A DNA stretch of 64,000 bases from an uncultured Actinomycetota bacterium (GTDB taxonomy: Bacteria > Actinomycetota > Actinomycetes > CAVWCF01): positions 218,329 through 282,328 of the forward strand of contig CAVOOM010000008.1 of NCBI GenBank assembly GCA_963697565.1, read 5' to 3'. Under the pieces are notes generated by a model. That model ran no database searches. It was given only the letters and a program-made list of their open reading frames with translations, and was not told the origin of the DNA. A program made the position numbers and the translations under genes. Positions 40,941-51,603 of this stretch are shown one piece after another; positions within the stretch are counted from its first letter, which is position 1, and every line of letters starts with the position of its first letter.

Positions 40941-42360
40941 TCACATCTCCAGTGAGATGAAGTCGACCTTGTCGCGGACCCCGCAGTCGGGGCAGCACCA
41001 GGTGTCCGGGATCTGCGACCAGGGCGTTCCGGGTGCGAAGCCCTCGCGCTCGTCGCCGACCGACTCGACGTAGACATAGCCGCAGCCGGGGCAGCGGCCC
41101 CCGCGGGCCGGCCCTTCGGGCACGGTGCCGACGGAGGCCGCGGGATGGGCCGATCGCCGGGCGCGGCGAACGGGCGGGGCCGGGTATCGGGCCAGCAGCC
41201 TCGCGCGCTTGCGAGGGGAGAGGTTCGCCCGCGAGACGTCCCCTTGGTAGTGGGCCAGGACGCGCGGATCCATGACCCTGCGCCACCACGCGGGCACCAG
41301 CGCGATCGAGGATCATCCCGGCGTAACCGGTCGGCAGCTGCGGGGCGTCCTCGTAGTCCCGCAGCGCCTGGTAGCGGCGCGTGGGGTTGGCGTGGTGGTC
41401 GCTGTGCCGCTGCAGGTGGTAGAGCAGCACATTGGTGGCGATGTTGTTGGCGTTCCAGCTGTGGGTGGGCTCCACCCGCTCGTACCGCTCCTTGCCGGGA
41501 GCCCCGACCCGCTGGCGGAGCATGCCGTAGTGCTCGAGGTAGTTGACGAGCTCGAGCAGCGTGAAGCCCAGCACCGCCTGGAGCGCGAGGTACGGCAGGA
41601 TCCCGACGCCAAGCCAGGCGACCAGGGCGGCCCACAGCGCGGCGGAGAGCAGCCACGCGTTGAGCACGTCGTTGTCGAGGCGGAACGGCCCCTGCTGCCG
41701 GCGCGCGTAGCGGCGCTTCTCCAGGCGCCAGGCGCTGCGCAGCGAGCCGAAGACCGTGCGGGGCCAGAACGCGTAGAAGCTCTCGCCCATGCGGCTGCTC
41801 GCCGGGTCCTCCGGCGTGGCCACCCGCACGTGGTGGCCGCGGTTGTGCTCGATGTAGAAGTGGCCGTAGCAGCTCGGGGCCAGCGCGATCTTGGCCATCC
41901 AGCGCTCGACGGGCTCGCGCTTGTGCCCGAGCTCGTGCGCGGTGTTGATGCCGATGCCGGAGAGGAAGCCCATCGTCACCGCCAGGCCCACCTTGTCGGC
42001 GGTGGACAGGTCGCCGTTCGCGATCACCCAGAAGGCCGCGACCAGCCCGGCGTACTGCAGAGGCAGGAACAAGTAGGTGATCCAGCGGTAGTACCGGTCG
42101 GCCTCGAGCGCCGCGATCACCTCGTCGGGGGGGTTGGAGCGGTCGACTCCGACCAGCAGGTCCACCACCGGCACGATCCCCAGGACCACGAGCGGCCCGA
42201 TCCACAACCAGCCGCTCCAGCCGGTCCAGGCGTGGCCGCCGACCGCGACGAAGGCGAGCGCGGGCATCACGAGGCCGATCAGCCACAGGTAGCGCTTGCG
42301 GTCCCGCCACTCGGTGGTGGACGTCGGGGCAGGCCCGGTGCCGTCGGTCATGTTGGTCAT
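40941..42360 (-). pseudogene. alkB: Alkane 1-monooxygenase AlkB fused to a C-terminal rubredoxin domain (AlkW-type fusion); apparent frameshift near 41295
   Basis: His boxes HELGHK, EHNRGHH and LQRHSDHH; the conserved AlkB tail WRRVMDPRVLAHY continues without a stop into rubredoxin (CPGCGYVY...CPDCG); junction ctcGatcgcg; GGAGGG SD before ATG 42360. Confidence 0.75.
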
Positions 42361-42387
42361 CAGTCGCCCTCCGCCGCGCCCGCCCCG

Positions 42388-42450
42388 CCTGCTTGACAAA
42401 AGGTAGCGGCCTTGTCAAGCGGTTGACAACAACGCATCCGCTGTCAAGTG
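42388..42450. promoter_or_regulatory. Two tandem 7-N12-7 palindromic operators (TTGACAA-N12-TTGTCAA and TTGACAA-N12-TGTCAAG) in the 83-bp region upstream of alkB
   Basis: Half-sites at 42393, 42412, 42423 and 42442; probable regulator binding sites and promoter overlap. Confidence 0.45.
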
Positions 42451-43277
42451 AGCGAAGGCGGGCCGGCGGCGACGACGCGGCGCATCTCTTCGGGCGTCCC
42501 GCGGAACCAGCCGATCGTCTCGACCCACCAGGTGAGGCCGGCGTCGGCGTACTCGCGCAGGGGGGCGTACGCAGGTGTCGAGCCCTCGATGGCGACGTCC
42601 AGGGGCGGCAGCGCGGGGTCCCGGTGCGCACGGGCGTAGTCGACGGCCTCGGCGAGGACCTCGGGCGCCACGGTCTGCGGGACCGAGGTCCCCCGGAAGG
42701 TCGGGAAGACCCCCTCGAAGCGCGCGGCGCGGCGGAAGGCCGGGCGGGCGGGCCAGGTGCCGGCCACCCAGATCGGGATCCGGGGCTGCTGCAGGGGGGT
42801 GGGCCGAAAGCCCGTCGTGGTGTGCGCGCGGTAGTGCTCCCCATCGTGCGCGACCGGCTCGCCGGTCCACAGCGCGGTGACCACCTCGAGGGCCTCGTCG
42901 AGCATCCGGCCCCGGGTCACCCGGTCGCCGGGGTCGCCGAAGGAGGCGAACTCCTCCTCGTCATGCGAGCCGAGCCCAACTCCGACGATCAGCCGACCTC
43001 TGGAGAGCCGGTCGAGCGCCACCGTCTCGCGGGCGACCTTGGCCGGGCGGCGCCGAGCCAGCGGGGTGACCATCGCGCCGAGGCGCACCCGCTCGGTGGC
43101 CAGCGCCATCGCGGCCAGCGCGATCTGCGGGTCGGTGGCCGGCTCGCCGTACCGGCTGAGGTGGTCCCAGCAGAAGACCCCGTCCCAGCCGGACCGCTCC
43201 GCGAGGCTGGCGAGTTCCGCCAGCACTCGGGGGTCGGCGTACTCGCCGAGATTGGGGATGCCCACGGCGAAGCGCAC
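42444..43277 (-). CDS. Luciferase-like monooxygenase (LLM) class, probably F420-dependent oxidoreductase
   Basis: LLM-fold sequence; TIM-barrel oxidoreductase family common in actinobacteria; GTG start. Confidence 0.7.
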   Translation of the reverse strand: MRFAVGIPNLGEYADPRVLAELASLAERSGWDGVFCWDHLSRYGEPATDPQIALAAMALATERVRLGAMVTPLARRRPAKVARETVALDRLSRGRLIVGVGLGSHDEEEFASFGDPGDRVTRGRMLDEALEVVTALWTGEPVAHDGEHYRAHTTTGFRPTPLQQPRIPIWVAGTWPARPAFRRAARFEGVFPTFRGTSVPQTVAPEVLAEAVDYARAHRDPALPPLDVAIEGSTPAYAPLREYADAGLTWWVETIGWFRGTPEEMRRVVAAGPPSLT

Positions 43278-43318
43278 AGGGGCAGGCTAGACCCGCCTGG
43301 GGCGGCGCCGTTCGGCCA

Positions 43319-44143
43319 TCACACGCCCAGGCCGCCCTTGGCGACGGACTCGAACCATCGGTGCGGCAGCACGCGCTTGGCCACCAACGCGACCCGGTCT
43401 CGCCTCGGCCCCACCGAGATGCGGCGGCGGGGCCGCGCGGCGTCGAGCTGCCCGGCGATGGCCTTGGCCGCGGCGGCGGGGTCAGCCCCTGCCTGCTCGT
43501 CGCGCTCCATAACCTCGATGGCGTGCGCGAGGGCCGCGGAGTACGGCCCGCTGGGCGCCGCGGCCAGGCGTCGGCCGGCGGTGAACTCGGTACGGAAGTT
43601 GCCCGGTTGGACCAGCGTCACCCCCACGTCGAACGGCGCCACCTCGTAGGCCAGGGCCTCGGCCCATCCCTCCAGAGCGAACTTGCTGGCGCTGTAGTAC
43701 GCCTGGAAGGGGATGGCGACCTGCCCGCCGATGCTGCTCACCAGCACGATGCGCGCTCCTCGCGCTCGCAGGTGGGGAAGGGCTTCGGTGGTGACCCGGA
43801 CGGCCCCCCAGAAGTTCGTCTCGAACTGGGCCCTGGCCTCGGCCAGCGTCGTTGTCTCGACGGGACCGGCCAACCCCCAGCCGGCCGCCAGGACCAGCGC
43901 GTCGATGCCGCCGTGGTCGGCGACGATCCCCTGCACGCCGGCGCGGACCGATTCGTCGCTGTCGACGTCCATCACCAACCCGCCCCATCCCTTCCCGGCG
44001 GTGCCTCTGCGGCTGGCGCCGACGACGGTCCACTCGTGCGCCGCGAGCAGGTCGGCGGTCGCCCGCCCCAATCCGGCCGAGGCCCCTGTGATCAGGGCCA
44101 CGGGGCGTGCGTCGCCCGCCGCTCGCCCCTGTCGCTGGTTCAT
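43319..44143 (-). CDS. Short-chain dehydrogenase/reductase (SDR) family oxidoreductase
   Basis: ALITGASAGLGRA cofactor motif; catalytic YxxxK (YSASK); start ATG 44143 overlaps the stop of the upstream gene (ATGA). Confidence 0.8.
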   Translation of the reverse strand: MNQRQGRAAGDARPVALITGASAGLGRATADLLAAHEWTVVGASRRGTAGKGWGGLVMDVDSDESVRAGVQGIVADHGGIDALVLAAGWGLAGPVETTTLAEARAQFETNFWGAVRVTTEALPHLRARGARIVLVSSIGGQVAIPFQAYYSASKFALEGWAEALAYEVAPFDVGVTLVQPGNFRTEFTAGRRLAAAPSGPYSAALAHAIEVMERDEQAGADPAAAAKAIAGQLDAARPRRRISVGPRRDRVALVAKRVLPHRWFESVAKGGLGV

Positions 44144-44520
44144 GCGCGCCCGCGCAGGCGTTCGACCAGGCGCCGGTCCCGCTTCGTGGGCCGGCCCGAG
44201 CCGCGCTCGCGCACGACCGGGGCGGGCCGGTCCTCCTTGGGCGGGGGAGGGGGTGTCCGGTCCTCGTACTGCTGGGCCGCGACGGTGGCGCTTGCGCGCT
44301 TGTCGATCAGCCCGGTCACCACGACGATGCGCTCGCCGCCGGGGGTGTACGCCCGGACGGTGTCGCCCGGGCGGACCGGGTGCGACGGCTTCACCCCGGC
44401 GCCGTTGACCTTGACGTGCCCCGCCTTGCAGGCGGCGCTCGCCGCCGATCGCGTGCGGTAGAGCCGGATCGCCCAGGTCCACGCGTCCACCCGGACGCTC
44501 GTGGTCGGCTGCTGGGTCAT
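44140..44520 (-). CDS. S4-domain RNA-binding protein (Hsp15/HslR-like)
   Basis: S4 domain VRVDAWTWAIRLYRTRSAASAACKAGHVKVNG; basic C-terminal tail; start position uncertain (44520 or 44586). Confidence 0.6.
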   Translation of the reverse strand: MTQQPTTSVRVDAWTWAIRLYRTRSAASAACKAGHVKVNGAGVKPSHPVRPGDTVRAYTPGGERIVVVTGLIDKRASATVAAQQYEDRTPPPPPKEDRPAPVVRERGSGRPTKRDRRLVERLRGRA

Positions 44521-44584
44521 CCCCGCAGGGTAGGCGCCAGCGGGTTCCCCCGCGCGGGTGACCTCGATCAAGTAGACATAGCCC

Positions 44585-45862
44585 ATGCAGAAGTCTCGGG
44601 GTAGGTCCATCGCTGCGGTCATCTGCGTCGTCTTGGCGGCGCTGCTGACCATTCCGGCCGCGCTCGCATTCTGGGGGCAGCGCACGCTCACCGACACCCA
44701 GCGCTATCTGGACACGGTCGGCCCGCTGGTCAACTCCCCGCAGGTGCAGGACGCCGTCGCGACCAAGGTGACCAATGCGATCCAGCAGCAGGTCGACGTT
44801 GAGGAACTCATCAACGAGGCGTTCGCCGGCGTGATCACCGACCGGCCGCGGCTGCAGCTGCTGGTCGGGCCCATCTCCGGCGCCGTCAACGGGCTGATCG
44901 AGCGCCAGGTCCGCGAGTTCGTGGCGTCGGACGCCTTCGCTGACATCTGGATCACCGTCAACACCAAGGCGCAGCAAGGGTTCGTGCGACTCCTTGAGGG
45001 GGAAGACGGGGGGGCGATCTCGCTGCAGGGCGATGAGGTCGTCCTCGATCTCTCCGAGGTCATCGACGTGGTCAAGGAGCGCCTGGTGGCGCGCGGTCTG
45101 ACCGTCGTGGAGAACCTGCCCATCCCCGACATCGACAAGCAGATCGTGCTGCTCGAGGCGCCTGGCTTGAGGCAGGCGCGCACGATCTACGCGTTCGCCA
45201 ACCCGGTTGCCAAGTGGCTCCTGCCCGTCGTGGCGGCTCTCTACTTCGCGGCGTTCCTGCTGTGGCGGCGGCGCCCGCCGATGGCCGTGGCCATCGGGAT
45301 CCTGCTCGTGGCCAACATGCTGGTGCTGGCCTTGATGCTGTCGATCGGCCGGCAGCTGTTCGTCAACGAGCTGGCCGGGACGGTCTTCGGCCCGGCGAGC
45401 ACGGTGTTCTACGACACGTTGCTGGCCTACCTCGAACGGGGCTGGCAGGTCTTCATCTGGATCGGGCTGTTCCTCGTGGCCGCCGGGTGGTTCGCCGGGG
45501 CGAACCGCTCCGGGACGGCCTTCCGCACAACGGTCGCCGGCGCGCTTGAGAACGCCGGTGCGGCCGTCGGTGACGGACCGGTGGGCAACGCCGGACGGTG
45601 GGTCCGGGCCAACGCCGGTTGGGTGCGGGTGGCCGTCGGGGTGTTGGTCGTCCTCGTGCTGCTCTGGGGCAACGACGTCTCGTTCGCGCGGCTCTTCTGG
45701 TCAACGCTGCTGCTGGTGGCGCTCCTTGCGATCGTGCAGGTGCTGGTCGGGGCCGGCGGCGGGACGGACTCCTCCGCCGTCGAGCCGGCGGCCGACGACG
45801 AGGCTCCCGCTGCCGAGGCTCAGCAGGTCGCCGTGGAGGCGGGCGGCCCGCCCGCGGAGTAG
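44585..45862 (+). CDS. Integral membrane protein of unknown function
   Basis: N-terminal TM helix, large loop, then 4-5 C-terminal TM helices; 425 aa, intact. Confidence 0.6.
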   Translation: MQKSRGRSIAAVICVVLAALLTIPAALAFWGQRTLTDTQRYLDTVGPLVNSPQVQDAVATKVTNAIQQQVDVEELINEAFAGVITDRPRLQLLVGPISGAVNGLIERQVREFVASDAFADIWITVNTKAQQGFVRLLEGEDGGAISLQGDEVVLDLSEVIDVVKERLVARGLTVVENLPIPDIDKQIVLLEAPGLRQARTIYAFANPVAKWLLPVVAALYFAAFLLWRRRPPMAVAIGILLVANMLVLALMLSIGRQLFVNELAGTVFGPASTVFYDTLLAYLERGWQVFIWIGLFLVAAGWFAGANRSGTAFRTTVAGALENAGAAVGDGPVGNAGRWVRANAGWVRVAVGVLVVLVLLWGNDVSFARLFWSTLLLVALLAIVQVLVGAGGGTDSSAVEPAADDEAPAAEAQQVAVEAGGPPAE

Positions 45863-45868
45863 ATCGCC

Positions 45869-47313
45869 ATGGACAGGCAGCCGCGGCTGGCGGCGTTCGA
45901 TGCGGTGATGTACGGCATCGAGGGCGATCCCGTTCTGCGCTCGGTGATCATCGCGCTGCTGGTTCTCGACCGCGAGCCCGACCGCGAGTTGGCGATCGAC
46001 CGGATCGAGCGGATGACCCTGGCTGTGCCGAAGTTCCGCCAGCGGGTCTCCGGCAGCTCGTGGTCGCCGACCCCGCCGCGATGGGAGACCGACCCCAACT
46101 TCGATCTGTCGTACCACCTGCGGTGGCACCGGGCGCCCGTCGAGGACGGCACCCTGCGGCCGGCGCTGACCACCGCCCGGCGGATGGCCGAGCAGGACTT
46201 CGACCGGGCGAGGCCGCTGTGGGAGCTGACGCTGGTCTCCGGGCTCCCCGAAGGCAAGGCCGCCGTGGTGCTGAAGATCCACCACGCGATCACCGACGGC
46301 ATGGGCGCCCTTCAGCTCGCGGCCGCGCTCTTCGATCTGGAACGCTCGCCAGACCCGGTGGCCACCGCCGAAACCGAAGGCGCCCAAGGCCGGGCAGCTC
46401 GACCCGCTCTCAAGGGTCTTCCAGGGCATCCAGTACGAGTCGAGCTCGCTGTTGCGGGGGGTGACGGCGGTGGCGACGGCGACGCCGGGCCTGGCGTACC
46501 GGGCGATCCGGCATCCCCAGGCGTCGGCCGGGGAGGCCCTGGGGTTCGCCGGCTCCACGACCCGGGTGCTCGCGCCGGCCTCCAAGCCGCTGAGCCCGAT
46601 CATGACCGGCCGCTCGCTCTCGTCCCACCTGGACTATGTCGAGGTCGCCGTTCGCGGACCTGCGGGCGGCTGCCAAGAGCAAGGGGCCACCGTCAACGAC
46701 GCCTACGTCACCATCGTCATGGGCGCCTTGGGCCGCTACCACGGCGAGCACGGGGTCGTCGTCGACAGCCTGCGGGTCAACATGCCCATCAACGTGCGCC
46801 CGGCCGGGGATGCGAGCGCCGGCGGCAACGCATGGGTGCCCGCGCGCTTCCCGGTGCCCGTCGGCGGGGCCGACCCGGCTGTCAGATGCGACGGTCGGGC
46901 CGCTCCTGCGCCAGGCCCGCGACGAGCCGGCCCTCGCCCTGAGCCAGCCCGTCTACCAGGTGCTCGCCCGGCTGCCCCGGCCGGTGGCGACGGCACTGGC
47001 CGGCGGGCTGATGAAGGGCACCGACTTCGCGGCCACCAACGTGCCCGGCCCGCCCATCCCGGTCTACTTCGCCGGCGCCCAGGTGGAGCGGCTCATGCCG
47101 TTCGCCCCGAAGGGCGGGGCGGCGGTCAACTTCGCGCTGTTCACCTACGACGGCATCGCCCAGATCGCAGTCAACCTGGACCTCGCCGCGATCCCGGACC
47201 CCGAGGTGTTCATGGGCTGCCTGCGCGCGGCGTGTGATGACGTACTGGCGCTGGGCCGTACCCCCGCCGCCCCGAAACGCAAGGCCAGGAGGGCCCCGGC
47301 CCGTCGCGACTAG
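45869..47313 (+). pseudogene. Wax ester synthase / diacylglycerol acyltransferase (WS/DGAT); at least 4 apparent frameshifts
   Basis: HHAITDG active-site motif; conserved segments alternate among frames 45869, 46452 and 46636 and back. Confidence 0.7.
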
Positions 47314-48197
47314 GCCATCGAGGCCGCGTAGATGCTCGCGATCGACGCGTCGAGGGCGGCGTCGAACTCGGCTTGGGTCTGCTGGGCGGTGAGCCCCTCG
47401 GTGAGGGCCCGGGAGAAGCTCGCGACCACGCCCTGGTTGCGCGCCAGCCGGGCGTTGGCGTCCGCCCGCGTGTAGCCGCCGGACAGGGCCACGACGCGCA
47501 GCACGCGCGGGTGGTCCACCAGCTCGGAGTAGAAGCCGTCGCGCTCCGGCAGGGTGAGCTTCAGCATGATGTGCTGGTCGGCGGAGAGGCGCTCGACCTC
47601 GGCCAGCAGCGCCTCCTTGAGCAGGTCCTCGGCGGCCGCCTTCTCGGGGCTGTGGATGTCGATCTCGGGCTCGATGATCGGCACGAGGCCGGCGCCGAGG
47701 ATCTGGCGGCCCACCTCGAACTGCTGGCCTACGACGGCCTCGACCCCGGCCGGGTTGGCCAGCTTGATCACCGAGCGCATCTTGGTGCCGAACAGGCCAT
47801 GGGCGATCGCCCGCGCCAGCAGGTTGTCGAGGTCGGGGATCGGCTGCATCACCTGGGCGCCATCGGCCTCGTCAGCGAGGCCCTTGTCGACCTTGAGGAA
47901 CGCAACGATCGCCTTGTCCTGCCAGAGGTACTCCGCTGAGCCCTTGCCCTCGATCTGCCGGTCCATCGTCCGCTCGAAGAGGATCGCCCCCAGGATGCGT
48001 TCACCGGTGAAGACCGGGCTGGTGATGATCCGCGTGCGCATGGCGTGGATGAGTTCGTACATCTCCGCCTCGCCGGAGTAGGCGGTCTCGTCGAGGCCGT
48101 ACAGCCGCAGCGCCTTCGGGGTGCTGCCGCCGCTCTGGTCGAGGGCCGCTATGAATCCCTTCCCGGCCTTCACCTTCTGGAACTGCTTGGTGTTCAC
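47310..48197 (-). CDS. Class I fructose-bisphosphate aldolase
   Basis: 295-aa ORF with class I FBA conserved regions (IAALDQSGGSTPKAL, Schiff-base lysine region VIKLANPAG). Confidence 0.8.
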   Translation of the reverse strand: MNTKQFQKVKAGKGFIAALDQSGGSTPKALRLYGLDETAYSGEAEMYELIHAMRTRIITSPVFTGERILGAILFERTMDRQIEGKGSAEYLWQDKAIVAFLKVDKGLADEADGAQVMQPIPDLDNLLARAIAHGLFGTKMRSVIKLANPAGVEAVVGQQFEVGRQILGAGLVPIIEPEIDIHSPEKAAAEDLLKEALLAEVERLSADQHIMLKLTLPERDGFYSELVDHPRVLRVVALSGGYTRADANARLARNQGVVASFSRALTEGLTAQQTQAEFDAALDASIASIYAASMA

Positions 48198-48284
48198 GGG
48201 GTGCTCCCCTCATGAGGGATGTGCTGCCGGCGCACCAGGTCGCCGCTTCCATTCTGCCCCGTTTCGGCGCCCGTGCGCCGTCGG

Positions 48285-49367
48285 TCAGCCGCGGTGGGGG
48301 TAGACCTCCAGCTCGGTGGCCTTGAGGCTCAGCCAGACCGCGCTGCCAGGTGCGAGCGCGAGTTCGGCCACTGCGGCGGGGGTCACATCGACGAGGGCAG
48401 ACGGTCGGCCGGCCAGGTCGAGCCGGACCCGGTCGGCGAGCAGGGTCATGCCCGCGACGACGGCCGGCCAGGTGTTGCGGGCGCTGGTGCCCTCGGGGCG
48501 GTTCACGCTGACGACGATGGCCGACGGACGTACGGCCACCAGCACGTCGCCGTGCTGGTTCAGGTCGGGCGCGGTGAACGCCCCTCCGTGGGCGAGGGCG
48601 ACCTGGGCGCCGTCGGCGGTCCCGGCGTACAGGTTCAGGCCCACCAACTTGGCCACGTAGTCGGTCGCCGGGCGGCGCGCTACTTCCGCGGGTGCGCCAT
48701 CCTGGGCGATCCGGCCGTCCTCGAGCACGAGCAGCCGGTCGGCCAGCACCAGGGCATCTAGCGGGTCGTGGGTGACGAGCAGCACTGGGCCGGCGAAGTC
48801 GGCCAGGTGCCGCTTCAGCTCGGCTTGCACGTCCAGCCGGGTGCGGGCGTCCAACGCAGCGAGCGGCTCGTCCAGCAGCAGCAGGGTGGGCCGGGCCGCC
48901 AGGGCGCGCGCGAGGGCGACCCGCTGGGCCTGGCCGCCGGACAGGTCGGCCGGCTTGCGCCCGGCCAGTCCGGCCAGGTCGAGGCGGTCGAGCCACTGGC
49001 CGGCGTCGGCCGCGGCCTGGTGGCGCCGGACGCCGTGGGCGCGGGCCGAGAAGGCCACGTTGTCCCGAACGCTCAGGTGGGGAAACAGCCGGTAGTCCTG
49101 GAACACGAAGCCCACGGGGCGTTGGGCAGCCTCGACGAAGACCCCCTCGTCGGCGTCGTCGACCACCCGCCCATCGAGGCTGATCCGGCCGGACGCCACC
49201 GGGATGAGGCCGGCCAGAGCGCTCAGCAGCGTCGACTTCCCGGCGCCGTTCGGCCCCAAGACGGCGAGCACCTCTCCGGGGCCGACGGCGAAGGACACAG
49301 CCAGGGTGAAGCCGTCGCGGCGCACCAGCGCGTCAACGGCGAGGCCGCCCGCGAGCGCAGGGGTCAC
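48285..49367 (-). CDS. modC: Molybdate ABC transporter ATP-binding protein with C-terminal TOBE domain
   Basis: Walker A GPNGAGKST, signature LSGGQAQRV, Walker B LLLDEP; C-terminal Mop/TOBE region; GTG start overlaps the modB stop (GTGA). Confidence 0.8.
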   Translation of the reverse strand: MTPALAGGLAVDALVRRDGFTLAVSFAVGPGEVLAVLGPNGAGKSTLLSALAGLIPVASGRISLDGRVVDDADEGVFVEAAQRPVGFVFQDYRLFPHLSVRDNVAFSARAHGVRRHQAAADAGQWLDRLDLAGLAGRKPADLSGGQAQRVALARALAARPTLLLLDEPLAALDARTRLDVQAELKRHLADFAGPVLLVTHDPLDALVLADRLLVLEDGRIAQDGAPAEVARRPATDYVAKLVGLNLYAGTADGAQVALAHGGAFTAPDLNQHGDVLVAVRPSAIVVSVNRPEGTSARNTWPAVVAGMTLLADRVRLDLAGRPSALVDVTPAAVAELALAPGSAVWLSLKATELEVYPHRG

Positions 49368-50251
49368 GCGGTCGCACCGCCACGCAGCCAGCGGTCGCGG
49401 AGGCCCACCAGGACGGCGACCGATGCGAGCAGCAGCACCAGGCTCAGCGCGATCGCCGCCTCCGGATCGGTCTCGAGGGCGTAGTACACGGCGATCGGCA
49501 TGGTCTCGGTGCGTCCCGGGAAGGAGCCGGCAAAGGTGATTGTCGCGCCGAACTCGCCGAGCGCGCGCGCCCAGCACAGGACGGCCCCGGCGGCGAGGGA
49601 GGGCGCCACCAATGGGAGCGTGACACGGCGGAACACCGTCATGCGGGAGGCCCCGAGGGTGGCGGCGGCCTCTTCGAATCCTTGGTCGGCCGAGCGCAGC
49701 GCCCCCTCGACGGCGATCACCAGGAACGGCATCGCGACGAAGGTCTCGGCCATCACCACGGCAGCAGGGGAGAACGGGATGGTCACTCCGAACCACGCGT
49801 CGAGGTACTGGCCGATGAAGCCGTTACGGCCGAAGGCCAGCAGCAGGGCGACTCCTCCCACCACGGGGGGCAGGACCAGGGGAAGGGTCACCAGGGCGCG
49901 GACGAGGCGCAATCCGGGGAAGGCCGTCCGCGCGAGCAGCCACGCAAGCGGCACCCCGATGGCCACCGCGATCAGGGTCGCGGACGCCGACGTCCACAAG
50001 GACAGCCGGAGCGCCTGGGCGACCGCGGGTTCGCTCAGGATCGACATGAGCCGACCCCACGGGGCCCGGGCGACGAGCCCGGCCAGAGGCAGCACGAGGA
50101 ACGCCACCGCCACCAGGGCAGGCACCAGCAGCGGGGCCGGGGTCGACCGGGGCCCGCCCCCCTCAGCCAGGCGTCGCTCGCGTTCGCGGCTGCTGATCCG
50201 CGGCGTGGACCGCTGGTCGGGCGTGGTCAGCGGCTGAGCGGAGCCGGTCAC
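49364..50251 (-). CDS. modB: Molybdate ABC transporter permease
   Basis: CysT/ModB-family permease with the EAA-like loop (EEAAATLGASRMTVFRRVTLP). Confidence 0.85.
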   Translation of the reverse strand: MTGSAQPLTTPDQRSTPRISSRERERRLAEGGGPRSTPAPLLVPALVAVAFLVLPLAGLVARAPWGRLMSILSEPAVAQALRLSLWTSASATLIAVAIGVPLAWLLARTAFPGLRLVRALVTLPLVLPPVVGGVALLLAFGRNGFIGQYLDAWFGVTIPFSPAAVVMAETFVAMPFLVIAVEGALRSADQGFEEAAATLGASRMTVFRRVTLPLVAPSLAAGAVLCWARALGEFGATITFAGSFPGRTETMPIAVYYALETDPEAAIALSLVLLLASVAVLVGLRDRWLRGGATA

Positions 50252-51043
50252 GGGCTCTCGAACCCGGCGGCCGAGAGCACACTTCGGCCGGCAGGGGACA
50301 GCACAAAGGCGATGAAGGCCCCTGCCGCCGGCGCGTTGCCGGAGTCGGTCAGCGCCGCGATCGGGTAGGTGGTCGAGGCGTTGATCGCGGCGGGGATCTC
50401 GATGCCCTTCACGGTGGAGCCCGCGGCGCGCACATCGGTCACGTACACCACTCCCGCGTCGACCTCGTTGAGCACGACCTTGCTCAGCACCGACTTCACG
50501 TCCGGCTCGAGGGTGACCGGGTTGACCGTGACCCCGGCGTTGCCGAAGACCTTCTGGGCGGTCGACCCGCAGGGCACCTGCGGCTGGCAGAGGGCGGTGG
50601 TGACCGAGGCGCTCGCCAGGGACTCCACCCCGGTCACGTTGCCAGGGTTGTCCGGCGGCACGGCAATAGCCATCGAGTTGACGGCGAACACGGTCGGATC
50701 GGCGGCGGCGCCGGCCTCGACCATCTGCTGCATGGTCGCCTGGCTGGCCGAGGCGAAGACGTCAGCAGGGGCGCCGGAGATGATCTGGGTGGCCAGCGCC
50801 GAGGAGGCAGCGAAGCTGAAGGCGACCGTGGCGCCCGGGTTGGCGTCCTCGAACTGCTCGCCGAGCCGGGTGAACGACTCGGTCAGCGAGGCCGCGGCGA
50901 AGACCGTGATCGATCCGGTGAACGGCTCGGACGCCGAGCCGCCGGAAGGGGACGGGGAGGCGGAGCTCGTCAGCCGACCCGCAGCCGGCCAACGCGGCCG
51001 CGATGAACCCGGCCGCGATCAAGGCGGCACTGGTACGGGGCAT
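50248..51043 (-). pseudogene. modA: Molybdate-binding periplasmic lipoprotein ModA; apparent frameshift just after the lipobox (~50975)
   Basis: Signal peptide with lipobox (AALAGCGS) in one frame; the mature ModA domain (SASEPFTGSITVFAAASL...) in the +1 frame. Confidence 0.7.
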
Positions 51044-51070
51044 CCGCACTCCTGTTCAGGCTCGCCGCGA

Positions 51071-51481
51071 TCAGCGGCGCTTCGGGATCTCGACCGACAC
51101 GTTCGTCGCCTTCACCGCGGCGACGGCGAGAACCCCGGGCTCCAGACCGAGCTCATCGGCCGCCTCCCGGCTCAGCAGGGACACGAAGCGATGCGGCCCG
51201 GCCTGGATCTCCACCTGGGCCATCACGGTGTCTCGCACGACGCGCGTCACGAGGCCGGTGAACCGGTTGCGCACGGAGTGCGCCACGACGGGTCCGCCCT
51301 CAAGGGGGTCGGCCGACGCGGCGAGTTCCTGGGCGAACCGGGCGAGCGCCACGCCGTCGATGGCCAGCCGGCCGGAACCATCGGTGGTGGTCTCAACCCG
51401 CCCGCTGTCAGCCCACCGCCGGATCGTGTCGTCGCTCACGCCCAGCAGGTCGGCGGCCTGTCGGATCCGGTACCTCGGCAT
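51071..51481 (-). CDS. MerR/excisionase-type HTH plus TOBE (Mop) domain molybdate-responsive regulator
   Basis: N-terminal HTH (ADLLGVSDDTIRRWADSG); C-terminal TOBE domain (SVRNRFTGLVTRVV...VEIQAG); directly upstream of modABC. Confidence 0.7.
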   Translation of the reverse strand: MPRYRIRQAADLLGVSDDTIRRWADSGRVETTTDGSGRLAIDGVALARFAQELAASADPLEGGPVVAHSVRNRFTGLVTRVVRDTVMAQVEIQAGPHRFVSLLSREAADELGLEPGVLAVAAVKATNVSVEIPKRR

Positions 51482-51603
51482 GGCGTCACCGTATCCGCAG
51501 AATCGGCAATGTAGCTGCCATTCGGGGGCGAATGCCGCTTGAACGGCCTCAGGTAGCCGTGAACGCGTCCGCGTGGACCGCGGGAGGATCGGTCGGCGGG
51601 AGG

